Shown: piece by piece, positions 62,108-64,000 of the stretch
How positions within the stretch are numbered: the stretch's first letter is position 1
Layout: the number at the start of each line of letters is the position of its first letter
Source: Schmidtea nova
Lineage: Eukaryota
Assembly: GCA_044892505.1 (NCBI GenBank)
Contig: CM097883.1
Coordinates: 419,368,001-419,432,000 of the forward strand
Reading direction: 5' to 3'
Length of the DNA: 64,000 nt
Program-made: the position numbers and the translations under genes
The notes under the pieces: generated by a model
What the model saw: only the letters and a program-made list of their open reading frames with translations
Told to the model about the DNA's origin: nothing
Database searches by the model: none

Positions 62108-63784
62108 TATTTACACTTACGGTGATGTATGGAGATGATATAAGTTGCTCACACGCCGAGTTTGTAAAGATGTCAAACGGTTCAAAAAATATCTGTTTAT
62201 TTAAAGAATTTTAGTACTTTGTAATACTGATTAGTGTTTGTTAAAATATTACAATAATTGAGCCGACCGTTTTGAAATTATAATTATATTAGATACATTG
62301 GGCTGTACAGTGAAATCACAGGATAACATAACTGACATCTGGCGTTCATTAGTATAATCTTAAAGTAAGAATTCAGAGTCACCCAACGTATATTGACTAA
62401 AATACATTTTGTATACAAATGGCTATAAACTATCAATGATCTGTTAAGCATATTAACGTCACAAAATAACAAAAATTGCAACCTGTGTCAAATTTCTTTA
62501 AATATTTTATTTCCACAATATCTAATCTATTCTATTTTTTCTTGAATCTACTTGAGACTGCTTCCGATTTTCTGTAGTCTTCGATCTCTTTATAGCTCAG
62601 ACTTTTGGCATAAATAATGTCTACAATTATGGAATTTTACTCTAATAATCTTTTTGGTTATTCTTAACTTTCCAAAAATTATATTTTGCTTCTTTATAGT
62701 ATTCCAATTCTCGTCTCCTTGAGTCTTATTACTATTTATGACACTGTCATAATTAAGATTTTATAAAAATGCCTATTGTTGAGGTTGTCTAGATTGGCGG
62801 AAAAAATAAAGTGAAATACAAAGAGAATTATATGTAGATAGATAGAAAGGGTAAATTCGTAAAAATTCAACTACTAACAAATAAAGTACAAAAATTAATT
62901 TAAATTTTGAAAAAAAGGAACCCATAAAAACAAGTTTTTAATGTAACTCTTTCTTTTTCTCATGTTCTCGGTTAATTTTATTGTTGTTTCATTGTTTGGT
63001 AGTTTCTTGGCAACAGTAAATTGAAAAATCACATTGTTTCAAAATTTTTCAAAATTTTTCAATTTTTCAATGGAATAATTTGTGGGCCACCACGAGTCTG
63101 CTGGTAAATTATCAGATCGATTGGATATCGGGAAGTGGGTTAAAAATCGATCCAAAGTTTGACAAGAAAACAAACATAAATTGGAAGTTAAAAGAAAGAG
63201 TTAAAAAATTAAAAATTAACATTTTCCGGGGTAGTGGGTATGAGCAAAATGATGAGAGGAGAACAGATATAATAATATAAAATCAATAAGAGGTCACCAG
63301 TTAAAGATATTAAGAAAATATAAATTAATTAAAAAAATAAATAAACTTAATTGCCTAATGGGAAGCCCAAACCAAAGGAGAACACGAGCTGTTAATAAAC
63401 TAATAAATAAATTAAAGCTTACGACCTGTCTGATCGAGGAAAATAATAAAATTATGAGATTGTAGGGGTGAAAAAAATAATCGAAAGAGCTCGATTATTG
63501 GATTATGTCCAGGATAATTCCTGAAAATACATAATTTAATTTTTTTATTATTTCTAGAAAGACCTATATAAGGGATCCCAAAATTTTCAATTTCCTAGTT
63601 GGTCGAAGAGATATTCTAAAAAATTTTCAGAATAAAGAAGAGTTAATAAAAAGACAATGTGAGAGTATCAGCGAATTAAATCAAATCTGCTTACAAGAAA
63701 GGGAATTTCCGATTGGGATAATTACCCTATCGCAGTGAAAGTGCAGACAAAAATGTGTTATTGACAAATGTAAATCATTGTGCT

Positions 63785-63854
63785 CAATTATTATTATTAT
63801 CATTATTATTATCATTAATTATTATTATCATTAATATTGTTTTTATTATTATTA
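63785..63854. repeat. (ATT)n / (ATC) low-complexity tract
   Basis: Tandem att/atc triplets adjoining the gap. Confidence 0.85.
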
Positions 63855-63990
63855 NNNNNNNNNNNNNNNNNNNNNNNNNNNNNNNNNNNNNNNNNNNNNN
63901 NNNNNNNNNNNNNNNNNNNNNNNNNNNNNNNNNNNNNNNNNNNNNNNNNNNNNNNNNNNNNNNNNNNNNNNNNNNNNNNNNNNNNNNNNN
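63855..63990. other. Assembly gap
   Basis: Run of N. Confidence 1.
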
Positions 63991-64000
63991 NTTATTACCA

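Overview
Very AT-rich, repeat-dense eukaryotic (animal-type) genomic window with GT-AG introns, (TA)n tracts and three N-gaps. The taxon cannot be determined from sequence alone. There are no prokaryotic features, rRNA, intact tRNA or CRISPR. The main host content is a cluster of three diverged, apparently intact DEAH-box RNA helicase paralogs of the Prp22/DHX8 type: A (minus, 9795-1750), B (plus, 17724-39384) and C (minus, 57053-47854). The ORF track shows only their middle exons. I reconstructed each as a 3-exon gene with identical intron positions, giving 638, 638 and 653 aa helicase-core-only proteins. Each has a TTCnnnGAA (STAT/GAS-like) site 20-70 bp before the ATG. A 428-aa intronless orphan ORF lies upstream of A. 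Introns and intergenic DNA are packed with mobile elements: two near-identical hAT copies; a gag-only short-LTR element whose Gag appears fused to a ubiquitin-like (..RILGG) domain; two LTR elements carrying conserved unknown ORFs; Penelope-type minimal hammerhead ribozymes; Merlin, mariner, piggyBac, Buster and Tigger relics/MITEs; Tc1-like elements with an intron-containing cargo; and an actin pseudogene.
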